Assembly (NCBI GenBank): GCA_017513085.1
Contig: JAFWDK010000018.1
Span: 36,679-100,678 of the forward strand
Length of the DNA stretch: 64,000 bases
Source of the DNA: Clostridiales bacterium
GTDB taxonomy: Bacteria > Bacillota > Clostridia > Saccharofermentanales > Saccharofermentanaceae
Direction of reading: 5' to 3'
Part shown: piece after piece, positions 1-9,855 of the stretch
Position numbering within the stretch: the first letter of the stretch is position 1
How the letters are laid out: each line of letters begins with the position of its first letter
Translations under genes and position numbers: made by a program
Notes under the pieces: model-generated
What the model saw: the letters and a program-made list of their open reading frames with translations, nothing else
The model's database searches: none
Told to the model about the DNA's origin: nothing

Positions 1-498
1 ATACACTCCGTCAACCATAGTCGCCTTGCAGAAGATATCCGCTTCGATCTCGGTTGCACGAAGGGCACCTGCCGTATCCGTAGAGAAAAACGGGTTACCG
101 GTACCGCAAGCAAAGATTACGATTCTCTTCTTCTCCAGATGGCGTACTGCACGCTTACGGATATACGGCTCCGCCATTTGTCTGATTTCCACAGCCGAAA
201 GCACTCGCGTCACCGCGCCTTCCTGTTCAAGGGCATCCGAGATCGCCAATGCGTTCATCATAGTTGCAAGCATTCCCATATGGTCAGCGGTAACACGATC
301 CATATGTTCACTTGTACGCCCACGCCAGAAGTTTCCGCCTCCGACCACTACAGCGACCTCCACTCCGAGATCAGCAACTTTTTTAATTTGAGAGCAGATG
401 CTATGTACTGTAGCATCATCAATTCCGACCTTCTTATCACCCGCCAGCGCTTCTCCGCTGATCTTAAGAAGGATCCTCTTATAGACAGGTTCGCTCAT
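1..498 (-). CDS. pyrH: UMP kinase, 3' end runs off the window
   Basis: Manual translation (not in the ORF track): [18 protein letters not shown]...[11 protein letters not shown]...ADHMGMLAT...[11 protein letters not shown]; ATG at 498 with GAGG SD. Confidence 0.95.
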   Translation of the reverse strand, partial: MSEPVYKRILLKISGEALAGDKKVGIDDATVHSICSQIKKVADLGVEVAVVVGGGNFWRGRTSEHMDRVTADHMGMLATMMNALAISDALEQEGAVTRVLSAVEIRQMAEPYIRKRAVRHLEKKRIVIFACGTGNPFFSTDTAGALRATEIEADIFCKATMVDGVY

Positions 499-594
499 AA
501 CCTCATCCTCCAATTCTTTACTTAGATTATTGTATCGTTAATTGCACTTTCTGAAAAGACAACACGAGGCATTTTTACATTTTTTTATGTGTGT

Positions 595-1317
595 TCAGTC
601 CTTGCGCTCGTTTTCATTTGTGAAGCACTCCCGGAAACGCCCGGAAAAACCAGGTTCCTGCCCAGCTGCATATAAGTGAGAAGTATCGCCAAAAGAAAGC
701 ATACGGAATTGCGCGATCCCCGCTCTACGTTCCTCTGTCACAACCGTTGTAATTGATGTCGGCGCCGCCATCGTTGCATGCCATAATACAAATGGTGAAA
801 GATTTAAAAGATACGACAAAAGCACGCACTCCAAGCCGAAATGGCAAAAAAACACGATCGTATCATTATTCGGCGCCAATGCCCGGAAAAGCTTTCCTTC
901 CTTCTTGTACCCGTGTTCGGAAAGAAACCGGTCAAATTCAGAATAGATCCAGTCGATTTCTTCTTTTACCTTTGCATCTTGAAAGGCAGGATACTCCGTC
1001 CAACGGTCCGGATCAAATGCATACGGCATATTCATCCAATCAGAGGGTACCCAGTCCCAGGCTACACCGAGCTTTTCAGGCCGTTGCACCTTAGGTGCAA
1101 ACTCACGAAGCCACAGGAGCTCCTCTGCCTCCATATTCATCTTCTTTAGACAAGGCTCTGCCGTCTGCTTTGCACGACCCAGTGGCGAGCAGAAACAAGC
1201 ATCTGCTTTAACATTTTTCATTCTCTCGGAAAGAAGCTCTGCTTCACGCTTGCCGGTCTCTGTCAGACTATCGTTGACATAATCCGGATCGCCATGTCGA
1301 ACGATCAAAAATTTCAT
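595..1317 (-). CDS. Histidine phosphatase (phosphoglycerate mutase) family protein
   Basis: N-terminal VRHG motif, SPLGRAKQTA, FCHFG second His. Confidence 0.85.
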   Translation of the reverse strand: MKFLIVRHGDPDYVNDSLTETGKREAELLSERMKNVKADACFCSPLGRAKQTAEPCLKKMNMEAEELLWLREFAPKVQRPEKLGVAWDWVPSDWMNMPYAFDPDRWTEYPAFQDAKVKEEIDWIYSEFDRFLSEHGYKKEGKLFRALAPNNDTIVFFCHFGLECVLLSYLLNLSPFVLWHATMAAPTSITTVVTEERRAGIAQFRMLSFGDTSHLYAAGQEPGFSGRFRECFTNENERKD

Positions 1318-1408
1318 ATATAAACCCTCATTTCGTTTCTTATCTTAACTTATTCTATCAAATAACATCATAAGGAAAAGACTTGACATCAGGCACAGAT
1401 TGGACAAC

Positions 1409-1436
1409 AAAAAAGGACTGTCCGAAGACAGTCCTT
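1409..1436 (-). terminator. Intrinsic terminator after tsf
   Basis: AAGGACTGTC-CGAA-GACAGTCCTT stem-loop followed by a T-run on the - strand. Confidence 0.85.
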
Positions 1437-1458
1437 CTCTCGTTATTGTTTGCTTAGA

Positions 1459-2397
1459 TTACTTGATCTGCTTCATAACTTCTTCAGCAAAGTTCTCTTC
1501 CTTCTTGGCAATACCCTCGCCCATTTCGAAGCGGGTAAAGCGGCGGATGGAAATGTTCTGACCCATAGCAGAAGACTTCTCCTTAGTGTATGTAGCGATA
1601 GACTTGGAATCATCCTTAACGAATTCCTGCTCTACGAGGCAGTTCTCTTTGTAGAACTTCTCGATGTTACCAGGAAGGATTCTCTCTCTGATGATCTTCT
1701 CCGGCTTACCTTCGTTGAGGTTCTTGTTAATGATGATCTCTGTTTCTTTCTCGATTTCCTCAGCCGGAACATCTTCACGTGTGAGCCACTTCGGATTAGC
1801 AGCAGCGATCTGCATAGCGATATCCTTAGCGAAGTCAGCGAACTCAGGCTTTGTGATAACGGAATCGTCATCAGTAGCGAGATCAACGAATACACCGATC
1901 TTACCACCCATATGGATGTAAGAAGCAACAGCGCCGTTGCCTTCTACTTCATATACAACAAATCTTCTGATAGAAGTATTCTCTCCGATATCAGCGATAG
2001 CTTCCTTCTGGAAGAGCTCTACTGTCTTAGACTCATCATTGAAAAGTGTCTGAGCCATAAGATCTTCAACAGAAGCCGGCTTCTTAGCAAGAATGTGATT
2101 CGCAACTGTATCTGCAAAAGCCTTGAACTTATCTGTGTTCGCAGCAAAGTCTGTCTCGATGTTGATCTCAACAAGAACACCGGACTTCTTGTCGTCAGCG
2201 ATCTTAGCGATTACTGCGCCCTCTGCAGCAACTCTAGCGGACTTCTTCTCAGCCTTAGCGATACCCTTTTCACGAAGCCATGCAACTGCCTTCTCAATAT
2301 CTCCATCAGACTCCTGAAGAGCTCTCTTACAATCCATAATACCGGAACCAGTCATATCGCGAAGTTCCTTGACCTGTGCAGCACTAATGTCAGCCAT
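1459..2397 (-). CDS. tsf: Elongation factor Ts
   Basis: VKELRDMTGSGIMDCKRAL, EINIETDF, NFAEEV motifs; follows rpsB. Confidence 0.98.
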   Translation of the reverse strand: MADISAAQVKELRDMTGSGIMDCKRALQESDGDIEKAVAWLREKGIAKAEKKSARVAAEGAVIAKIADDKKSGVLVEINIETDFAANTDKFKAFADTVANHILAKKPASVEDLMAQTLFNDESKTVELFQKEAIADIGENTSIRRFVVYEVEGNGAVASYIHMGGKIGVFVDLATDDDSVITKPEFADFAKDIAMQIAAANPKWLTREDVPAEEIEKETEIIINKNLNEGKPEKIIRERILPGNIEKFYKENCLVEQEFVKDDSKSIATYTKEKSSAMGQNISIRRFTRFEMGEGIAKKEENFAEEVMKQIK

Positions 2398-2454
2398 AGT
2401 TATATCCTCCGTATTTTCTATTTATTCTTATCTAGTTTAAATGTTGATCCGGAA

Positions 2455-3216
2455 TTAAGCTTCCTCAGCAGTAGCTTCCTCAGCAGCAGCTTCCTCAGCA
2501 ACCTCTTCCTCAGCAGCAGCCGGAACATCGATCTGCTCGCCCTGACGGCCTTCGAGAACAGCATCAGCAATGTGACCTGCAATCAGCTTTACCGCACGGA
2601 TAGCATCATCGTTACCCGGAATAACATAATCAACTTCTTCCGGATCACAGTTTGTATCAACGATAGCAACTACCGGGATACCAAGACGCTTAGCTTCAGC
2701 AACAGCCAGGTGCTCCTTCTTTGTATCTACAACAAAGAGGCAAGCCGGCAGGTTCTTCATGCCCTGGATACCACCAAGGTTCTTCTCGAGCTTTTCCATC
2801 TCGAGCTTAAGCTTAGCAACTTCCTTCTTTGTACGAAGATCAAAAGATCCGTCCTCGCTCATGATCTTGAGCTCAGCAAGACGTGCAAGACGCTTCTCGA
2901 TTGTCTTAAAGTTTGTGAGTGTACCACCGAGCCAACGGTTGTTGATGAAGTACATGTTGCAACGAACAGCTTCTTCAGAGATAGAATCCTGAGCCTGCTT
3001 CTTAGTACCTACGAAAAGAACATTACCGCCGTCTGCAGCGATGGAACGTACGAAATCGTATGCTTCCTCGATCTTCTTAACTGTCTTCTGCAGGTCGATG
3101 ATGTGAATGTTGTTGCGCTCCGTAAAGATGTACTCAGCCATCTTCGGGTTCCAACGACGGGTCTGGTGGCCGAAATGCACACCTGCTTCAAGAAGCTGCT
3201 TCATAGAAATAGACAT
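2455..3216 (-). CDS. rpsB: 30S ribosomal protein S2
   Basis: [31 protein letters not shown]; start placed at ATG 3216 behind GGAGG SD. Confidence 0.98.
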   Translation of the reverse strand: MSISMKQLLEAGVHFGHQTRRWNPKMAEYIFTERNNIHIIDLQKTVKKIEEAYDFVRSIAADGGNVLFVGTKKQAQDSISEEAVRCNMYFINNRWLGGTLTNFKTIEKRLARLAELKIMSEDGSFDLRTKKEVAKLKLEMEKLEKNLGGIQGMKNLPACLFVVDTKKEHLAVAEAKRLGIPVVAIVDTNCDPEEVDYVIPGNDDAIRAVKLIAGHIADAVLEGRQGEQIDVPAAAEEEVAEEAAAEEATAEEA

Positions 3217-3335
3217 AATTAAATTCCTCCTGTTTTGTCTCTTCCACAGGACTGACTCCTTCATCCGGAGAACAAAAGAAACGCCTGTGTGTTTTTTAGC
3301 CTCATAATGTTACAATAAAGAAGCAATGTTGGCAA
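3217..3335 (-). promoter_or_regulatory. rpsB promoter and structured 5' leader (probable S2 autoregulatory element)
   Basis: TTGCCA-17-TAACAT (3335..3307); leader with CACAGG...CCTGTG pairing and an inner CTCC...GGAG stem. Confidence 0.6.
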
Positions 3336-3396
3336 GCGTTTTTCGAGAAAAATTTGCCAAAAATACTGAAATTATTATGTTTTAGGAGGATTTTCC

Positions 3397-4734
3397 ATGA
3401 ACAGACTCACCGATAGCGAGAAAACGCGTTATAACAAGATACTTTCCGAACTTGTATCCATCCGCAGCGAAAAAGGCGAAGAAGCCATCGACGCTCCATA
3501 CGGCATCGCTCCTAAACAGGCTTTATCCTATCTTCTTTCTCTCGCAGAGAAAGATGGCTTCATTACCGAAAACGTCGGAAACAAGGCCGGATATATACAG
3601 TGGGGTTCAAAAGGTCCTCTGGTGGCAGTGCTGGGCCATCTTGACGTCGTCCCGGAAGGATCCGGCTGGAAGACGCCTGCCTTTTCACTCGACAGCAGTT
3701 CCGATTACTTCATCGGACGCGGAGTAGTAGACGATAAAGGTCCTGTCGTAAGTACCTATATGGCGCTTTGCCGCTTAAAAGAAAAGTATCCGGATCCGAA
3801 CTGCCGTTTCCGTCTCATCTTCGGTACTGACGAAGAAAACGGTTCTTCATGCATGGAGCGCTACTGTGAAACGGAAGAGATCCCGGATATCGGCTTCACA
3901 CCGGACGCCGAGTTCCCTTGCATCTATGCAGAAAAAGGCATCTATCAGATGCATTTCGAAGGAACCACGACCGATAAGTTCACGCTTCACGGCGGAAATG
4001 CAGCCAATATGGTACCGGCCTATTGCGAGTGTATCGATTTTGCCGCAGATAAAGGAATCAGCGCAGACGGACTTCAGGCTCACGCCTCCCATCCGGATAT
4101 GGGTATCAACGCAATCGACCTTATGCTTTCGAAAATGCCGGAAGACTATGTCAATTCGACTTCTCTTCTCTCTCTGATGAAGAAGTACTTCAGCAAGTCT
4201 TCTTCAACACCATTTAGTCAGTTCTTCCCGGAAGACGAGTCCGGAAAAATGACTACCAATGTCGGTATGGTATCGATCAACGCCTCAACGGCAAGACTTC
4301 ATGTCGATATCCGTTTCCCGGTCACAGTCCCGACCGAGGCCGTTACAGCCAAGCTTCAGGAAATAGCGGATGAATTCGGATGTAAAGTCGTAGACGATTC
4401 CGTCTTACCGCCGCTTTTTAAAGATAAGAAGTCCGAACAGATCTCCGTTCTTACGAATATCTACGCAGGTTACAGAGAACTCTTTGCTTACGAGGCTGAG
4501 GAAGAAGCACTTCGTGAGAAATACCTATCCGAAGAACCGGAAGCCATCGCGATCGGCGGCGGCACATATGCGCGCACAATGGCAAATATCGTTGCTTTCG
4601 GTCCACAACTTCCCTGGAATAAAGACCAGTGTCACCAGGCCAATGAAAAAATGCTCAAAGAAAACCTGTACCTCCTCGTACCGATGTACGAAGAGGCACT
4701 GGAAAAGCTTTCTTCAGCTGTAATAAAGGATTAA
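3397..4734 (+). CDS. M20 family (PepV/Sapep-like) metallo-dipeptidase
   Basis: GHLDVVP, RGVVDDKGP, GTDEE, FTPDAEFP, GGGTYAR, CHQANE all intact. Confidence 0.88.
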   Translation: MNRLTDSEKTRYNKILSELVSIRSEKGEEAIDAPYGIAPKQALSYLLSLAEKDGFITENVGNKAGYIQWGSKGPLVAVLGHLDVVPEGSGWKTPAFSLDSSSDYFIGRGVVDDKGPVVSTYMALCRLKEKYPDPNCRFRLIFGTDEENGSSCMERYCETEEIPDIGFTPDAEFPCIYAEKGIYQMHFEGTTTDKFTLHGGNAANMVPAYCECIDFAADKGISADGLQAHASHPDMGINAIDLMLSKMPEDYVNSTSLLSLMKKYFSKSSSTPFSQFFPEDESGKMTTNVGMVSINASTARLHVDIRFPVTVPTEAVTAKLQEIADEFGCKVVDDSVLPPLFKDKKSEQISVLTNIYAGYRELFAYEAEEEALREKYLSEEPEAIAIGGGTYARTMANIVAFGPQLPWNKDQCHQANEKMLKENLYLLVPMYEEALEKLSSAVIKD

Positions 4735-6479
4735 ATATACCTTCTTACGGTTACCACATATCCCATTGGCAAACAATCTTCGACGATGCAGCCGTTTGCG
4801 GAAGATGCATGGACAATAACTCCGCCACCGCAGTAGAGGCTTACATGATCCACCGTGCCGTCACTGTTGTAGTCGTGGCAAAGAACATCTCCGGCTTTCA
4901 GACTCTGTCCGGAAACATCAGTGCCCATCTCGGCCATGGCAGCTGACTGATGCGGAAGTGATATTCCGTAATAATGTGCATAAACATACATCACGAATCC
5001 GGAACAATCCAGGCCTTCTTCCGGCGAGGAACCGGTATAGTTATACGGGATACCGATAAATGCTCGGGCATATTCAACCAGGCTGCATGTAGAAGGATCC
5101 GGAATCTTGATCGGCTTAGGAGTCGGCTTCGGCGCAGGAGTCGGTGTAGGCTCTGCCGGTGGTTCCGGAGTAGGCGTCGGATCCTGGTTCCCGGTCTCAG
5201 GAGTCGGTGTCGGATCCTTCTTGGACGGCACAGGCGTAGGCGTCGGAGACGGCTTATGCATCGGATCCGGAGAAACCAGTTCCGCGCTGACATATCCACC
5301 TCCATCGAGTCTAAACCAGCCATTGGTCGTCTTAGCCACTACATAGACCTTCTCGTTTTCGACAAGTTTTCTCAATACATCGTAATCTGTACCAGGACCG
5401 GATCTTACGTTGACATCTCCGATCGAGTAGAACGTACCATAGAACTCTTCTTCACCCGGCTTGCTCGGAGCAGGCGTCGGAGTCGGAAGCTCAGGCTCCG
5501 GGGTCGGCGTCGGATCTTCCGGCACAGGTGTTGGAGATGGTGTCGGCGACGGGGTAGGAGTTGCCGTTACCGGTGGCGCAACAGGTTCATCCGTCAGCAT
5601 GCTTCCGCTCACATATCCGCCGGTCGCAAGCTTGAACCAGCCATTGTCCGTCTTTGCAACAACTTCAACTTTCTCGTTTTCCGTCAAACGACCGATCACT
5701 TCATAATTCTTGCCCGGACCACTTCTGACATTTACCTCACCAACCGAATAAAGCGTACCGGTCCATGGTATTTCTTCAGCAGGTGCCGGCGTCGGAGTCG
5801 GTTCAGGAGTCGGCGTCGGAGTAGGCGTTTCAATCTTTATCTTCGGATCAGGAGTCGGAGATGGTAATTCAGTCTCCGGCACTTGAGAAGAAAGATCCGT
5901 AGAGATCACATAACCACGGAATGTCTCATCAGAATCCGGAACCGAATACTGAACATACGACCATACTGTTCCCATGCTTAGACGCTGGACCGAAGCATCC
6001 TTTTCAAGCGAAAGAATGACCTGGCTCTTATTATCAGCCTTAACATGCAGATCAGATGATTCTTTGGCAACATAAAGCTGATCGTCTGTCTCGGTAAAAG
6101 CACTCTCATCGAGCATCTCAAGTACCATACCGTCACGGTCCTTCTGCTCAATGATCATAAAAGTATTCTCTTTAACAACATCAATCGATGCTTCTTCAAT
6201 TTCAGGCTTCAGATCAATAAAATGAACATTGGAATTTTCACCTGTTCCTGAAGAATCCGGGAGTGTGGCTTCCACCGGAACCTGAAGACTGATATCCGAC
6301 GCATGGCCAATAGAAAGCACAGGAGTCGATACGGCAACCATAGACGACACCAAGAACAAAGACAGCATCTTCACCGTTCTGCGCGGATTGCGCGGTGCAG
6401 AATAATGCTTCCTTACTATTTCCAAGTTTTCATCATGTATATGCTTCTTCAAATGTACCTCCGTTTGTTTCAATCCCAT
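4731..6479 (-). CDS. NlpC/P60 (C40) peptidoglycan endopeptidase with SH3b domains and Pro/Thr linkers
   Basis: Two VNVRSGPG SH3b repeats plus one degenerate SH3; C-terminal GLDCSGF...HVSLY...VHAS triad. Confidence 0.9.
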   Translation of the reverse strand: MGLKQTEVHLKKHIHDENLEIVRKHYSAPRNPRRTVKMLSLFLVSSMVAVSTPVLSIGHASDISLQVPVEATLPDSSGTGENSNVHFIDLKPEIEEASIDVVKENTFMIIEQKDRDGMVLEMLDESAFTETDDQLYVAKESSDLHVKADNKSQVILSLEKDASVQRLSMGTVWSYVQYSVPDSDETFRGYVISTDLSSQVPETELPSPTPDPKIKIETPTPTPTPEPTPTPAPAEEIPWTGTLYSVGEVNVRSGPGKNYEVIGRLTENEKVEVVAKTDNGWFKLATGGYVSGSMLTDEPVAPPVTATPTPSPTPSPTPVPEDPTPTPEPELPTPTPAPSKPGEEEFYGTFYSIGDVNVRSGPGTDYDVLRKLVENEKVYVVAKTTNGWFRLDGGGYVSAELVSPDPMHKPSPTPTPVPSKKDPTPTPETGNQDPTPTPEPPAEPTPTPAPKPTPKPIKIPDPSTCSLVEYARAFIGIPYNYTGSSPEEGLDCSGFVMYVYAHYYGISLPHQSAAMAEMGTDVSGQSLKAGDVLCHDYNSDGTVDHVSLYCGGGVIVHASSANGCIVEDCLPMGYVVTVRRYI

Positions 6480-6532
6480 CCCAAACTTATTTCATTTTAA
6501 TTATAACCTAATAACCGAGCGTGCGGGGCTTT

Positions 6533-6549
6533 TGTGACACAACTGTAAC
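6533..6549. promoter_or_regulatory. WalR-like direct repeat upstream of the NlpC/P60 gene
   Basis: TGTGAC-ACAAC-TGTAAC, one mismatch to TGTWAH-N5-TGTWAH. Confidence 0.4.
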
Positions 6550-6622
6550 ATTAGAGGCCTTAAATTCACAAAGTGCACACATTCTGTTCTGATATTTTGA
6601 GTTACAAAATAATGTCAAAGAC

Positions 6623-6652
6623 AAAAAAGAGGTTGCCGTGTGGCAACCTCTT
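6623..6652 (-). terminator. Intrinsic terminator after ispH-rpsA
   Basis: AAGAGGTTGCC-GTGT-GGCAACCTCTT with T-run on the - strand. Confidence 0.85.
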
Positions 6653-6678
6653 GAAAAATCATTTGAATCAGAATCAGA

Positions 6679-8754
6679 TCACTCCGCTGCGTTCTCCGAA
6701 GCAGCCTCAGCAACCGGAGCCTCTTCAATTGCAGGAGCAGCTTCCTCAGCAGGAGCAGCCTCCTCAGCTTCCTCACCGGCTACAGGATTGATCGGAGCAA
6801 CGTCCTTGATCGAGATGCTGATACGACGGGAAGCAGCATTGACATCAAGAACCTTTGCTTCAACTTCCATGCCCTCTTTCAAAACATCCTGCGGCTTGTT
6901 CAGGCGGACATCAGAAATCTGGGAAACATGGCACAGAGCATCAAGGTTTGGCTCAAGCTCAACAAATGCGCCGAACTGGAACATGCGGACAACTTTACCG
7001 CGAACGATCGCGCCAACCGGGATACGCTCTTCGATGTTATAGAAAGGATCGTCTTCCGGCTTCTTGTAGCCAAGAGAGATTCTCTTCTTCTCAGGATCAA
7101 ATTCCTTTACATAAACGTGTACCGGATCACCTACAGAAACAACCTCCGAAGGATGACGGATACGGTTCCAGGAAAGCTCGGAAACATGGATGAGTCCATC
7201 CACACCGCCGATGTCTACGAAAGCACCGAAATCTGTAAGGCTTCTTACGACACCGTCATACTCCTTGCCTTCTTCGATGGAATTCCATACTTCTTCTGCC
7301 TTCGCCTTACGCTCATTGTTCAGAAGTGTACGTCTGGAACCGGAAACTCTCAAGCGGCGCTTCTCAGCATCGAACTGTGTGATCAATACTTCGATGGACT
7401 TGCCTTTGTATGCTTCCAGATCATTAACCGTATTCAGTTCCAACTGTGTGCGGTGGATGTAAATATCTACTCCGCCGTAATTACCGATTACGCCATCTTT
7501 AACTACATTGGTGATCTTAACTGTAACCGGTGTCTTATTCTCATAAGCAGCTTCGATCTCAGCCTTATTCTTGCTGAAGTCTACATGAGACTTGGAAAGA
7601 ACGATCTCTTTACCCATGTCCGTATTACGGATGCTGCGAACATATACTTCGATTTCTTGCTTCTCGTTGATTGCTTTGTCAAAGTCAAAATCAGGTTCGA
7701 ACTCGTCTTTTGGAATCCTGCCTTCCGACTTATCATGGACATCTACATATACGAAATCGCCATCATAGGACGTCAATACTCCCTTCACTGTAGCGTTCTT
7801 TCGAAGCTGTGGAATGCTTTCAATGTAATCGCCAAAATTAATGTCATTCGACTCTGGATTCGTGTTTACCCCGTTCTCACTCATGGTTTGGATAACCTCC
7901 CTGATAATACTGACCGGCGTTGATGCTCCTGCTGTCACACCGATCCGCTTGATTTCCTTTTCCCTCCACATAGGAATAAGATCTCGAACATCTTCAGGTG
8001 TCCCGACAAGATATGTCAGCGCACAACGATCTGAACATATGTCAAAAAGTTTCATTGTATTTGAGCTAGTCTTCGATCCTATGACGACCATAACATCGGA
8101 ATTACTTGCCAAATCCGCAGTTTCTCTCTGCCTATTTTCAGTCGTACTACATATTGTACCAAATATTTGCTCTTTTGCAATTTTTTTCTGCACGAATTCA
8201 CAAATTTTTTGGAATTCTTTACTTGAAAATGTGGTTTGCGATACCCAAACAGAGTCATTTTCAATGTTTGAAAGGGCCAGACACTCTTCATAGGAAGAGA
8301 CCACAGTGGCTGAATCTCTGCACTCTCCGCAGATTCCAACCACTTCCGGATGGCCTTTTGTACCCGTTATATAAACCGGATGTCCTTCCTCGTCCGCTTT
8401 ACGTACGATCTTATGTATCTTGTTTACAAAAGGACATGTGCAATCCACGATCCTGCAGTTTTTACGGGCCAGGACCTCTTCCACTCTCGGTGGCACACCA
8501 TGTGCGCGGATCAGCACGATACATCCGTCGTCCACTTCTTCCGGCTCATGGACCAGAAGCATTCCTTTAGACAAAAGATCACCCACCACATTCTCGTTGT
8601 GAGTGATCTCGCCAAGCATATAGATCTTACTGTCTGCGTTTTCTTCGAGGATGGAATAGGCTGTTTTAACGGCATTTTCCACGCCAAAACAGAACCCGGA
8701 TGATTTCGCTGATTGAATCGTCCAACCTTTCACTACTTTCTTTCCGCCTCTCAT
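6679..8754 (-). CDS. ispH: Bifunctional IspH (HMBPP reductase) / 30S ribosomal protein S1 fusion; start may be GTG 8733
   Basis: GFCFGV, RAHG, DCTCP, HPEV, SQTT, TIC, SSNT, TAGASTP followed by four S1 domains (DFGAFVDIGGVDGLIHVSELSW). Confidence 0.95.
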   Translation of the reverse strand: MRGGKKVVKGWTIQSAKSSGFCFGVENAVKTAYSILEENADSKIYMLGEITHNENVVGDLLSKGMLLVHEPEEVDDGCIVLIRAHGVPPRVEEVLARKNCRIVDCTCPFVNKIHKIVRKADEEGHPVYITGTKGHPEVVGICGECRDSATVVSSYEECLALSNIENDSVWVSQTTFSSKEFQKICEFVQKKIAKEQIFGTICSTTENRQRETADLASNSDVMVVIGSKTSSNTMKLFDICSDRCALTYLVGTPEDVRDLIPMWREKEIKRIGVTAGASTPVSIIREVIQTMSENGVNTNPESNDINFGDYIESIPQLRKNATVKGVLTSYDGDFVYVDVHDKSEGRIPKDEFEPDFDFDKAINEKQEIEVYVRSIRNTDMGKEIVLSKSHVDFSKNKAEIEAAYENKTPVTVKITNVVKDGVIGNYGGVDIYIHRTQLELNTVNDLEAYKGKSIEVLITQFDAEKRRLRVSGSRRTLLNNERKAKAEEVWNSIEEGKEYDGVVRSLTDFGAFVDIGGVDGLIHVSELSWNRIRHPSEVVSVGDPVHVYVKEFDPEKKRISLGYKKPEDDPFYNIEERIPVGAIVRGKVVRMFQFGAFVELEPNLDALCHVSQISDVRLNKPQDVLKEGMEVEAKVLDVNAASRRISISIKDVAPINPVAGEEAEEAAPAEEAAPAIEEAPVAEAASENAAE

Positions 8755-9422
8755 TGATCCTTCATTACTCTTTCAAGCACGATATTGATCATATCGTCGA
8801 TTGAAATGTGTGTCGTGTCGATCTCGACCGCATCTTTCACCTTCACCAGAGGAGATGAAGCACGAGTCGTATCCTGATGGTCACGGTACTTGATATCACG
8901 AAGAACATCTTCAAATGTCTGATCCGTTACACCCTTTGCCTGAAGCTCAGCCAATCTCCTTCTGGCACGCTCCTCCGCATCCGCAACCAGGAAAAACTTG
9001 TACTTAGCATCCGGAAAAACTTTGGAACCGATATCTCTTCCGTCGAGGATAACATTCTTGCCCTCTGAGATTTTTCTTTGCAGATCCACCATGGCTTCAC
9101 GCACGCAAGGGATCGCCGACACATCGGAAGCCGCAACAGAAACGCCAGGCATACGGATCTCTTCAGAAACATCTTCTCCATCGAGCCAGACATGCTGCGC
9201 GCCTTCTTCATGGGTAATATCGATATGAATATCTTTCATCATCTCTTCCACGGCCGCCTGATCTTTAGTAGAAATACCAAGTTTCAGTGCTTTGAGACCA
9301 CAAGCACGGTACATGGCGCCGGTATCCAGATACAGGATCCCGAGTTTTCCGGCCACACCTTTAGCCATAGTGGATTTTCCGGATCCGGATGGGCCATCGA
9401 TTGCAATCTGATAATATTCCAT
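8751..9422 (-). CDS. cmk: Cytidylate kinase
   Basis: IAIDGPSGSGKST, DTGAMYR, DGRDIG; start at ATG 9422 behind AAGGAGG. Confidence 0.96.
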   Translation of the reverse strand: MEYYQIAIDGPSGSGKSTMAKGVAGKLGILYLDTGAMYRACGLKALKLGISTKDQAAVEEMMKDIHIDITHEEGAQHVWLDGEDVSEEIRMPGVSVAASDVSAIPCVREAMVDLQRKISEGKNVILDGRDIGSKVFPDAKYKFFLVADAEERARRRLAELQAKGVTDQTFEDVLRDIKYRDHQDTTRASSPLVKVKDAVEIDTTHISIDDMINIVLERVMKDQ

Positions 9423-9435
9423 AATACGTTCCTCC

Positions 9436-9855
9436 TTAAATAGCACGGTGACCGAGACCGATCGCGATTTCATTCAAGTGCAGAAGTCCGATACCGAAAT
9501 ACACACAAACGCTGATATGATCGTTAAAACGTGCAATTCCGATCTTTCCTCCGACATTAAGGCCGATCGCCTTGGATGTGATCTGGGAAATCGCCTCACG
9601 AGCCGCGCCGGCCAGCGCACCTTCCTCATTATGATTATTTCCGATGATCCCTTCTCTTTGCGCGGCAACGACACATCTTTCAATGATCTTGGAAACCGAC
9701 GAAATAAACTCTCCGCCGAAATCGGCTGCAGTTGCAAGGATATTCTGTTCCTTCAAAGCATGCTTGAGGTCGCCCTCTTCTTCTCTGGTATTGGTCAGCG
9801 CAATGCGGATCGACGCGGATGCCGTAAGCTTACTGCTAGCGATCAGTTCTTTCAT
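9436..9855 (-). CDS. HutP-family RNA-binding protein
   Basis: AAQREGII...EEGALAGAAREA...GLNVGGKIGIAR...IGLGHRAI resembles HutP; start at ATG 9855 behind GAGGA. Confidence 0.75.
   Translation of the reverse strand: MKELIASSKLTASASIRIALTNTREEEGDLKHALKEQNILATAADFGGEFISSVSKIIERCVVAAQREGIIGNNHNEEGALAGAAREAISQITSKAIGLNVGGKIGIARFNDHISVCVYFGIGLLHLNEIAIGLGHRAI

Noticed and set aside
1450-3222. 590-aa + strand ORF opposite tsf/rpsB; similar long antisense ORFs at 6928-7923, 12238-13272, 16267-17529, 22790-24154, 25705-27090, 47341-48603 and 57199-58455
   Set aside because: They mirror codon-biased genes on the other strand, have no recognisable motifs or SD, and are typical antisense shadows.
4974-5867. 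Arg-rich and Gly/Val-rich ORFs over the NlpC/P60 gene (also 62511-63313)
   Set aside because: Alternative-frame readings of Pro/Thr repeat DNA.
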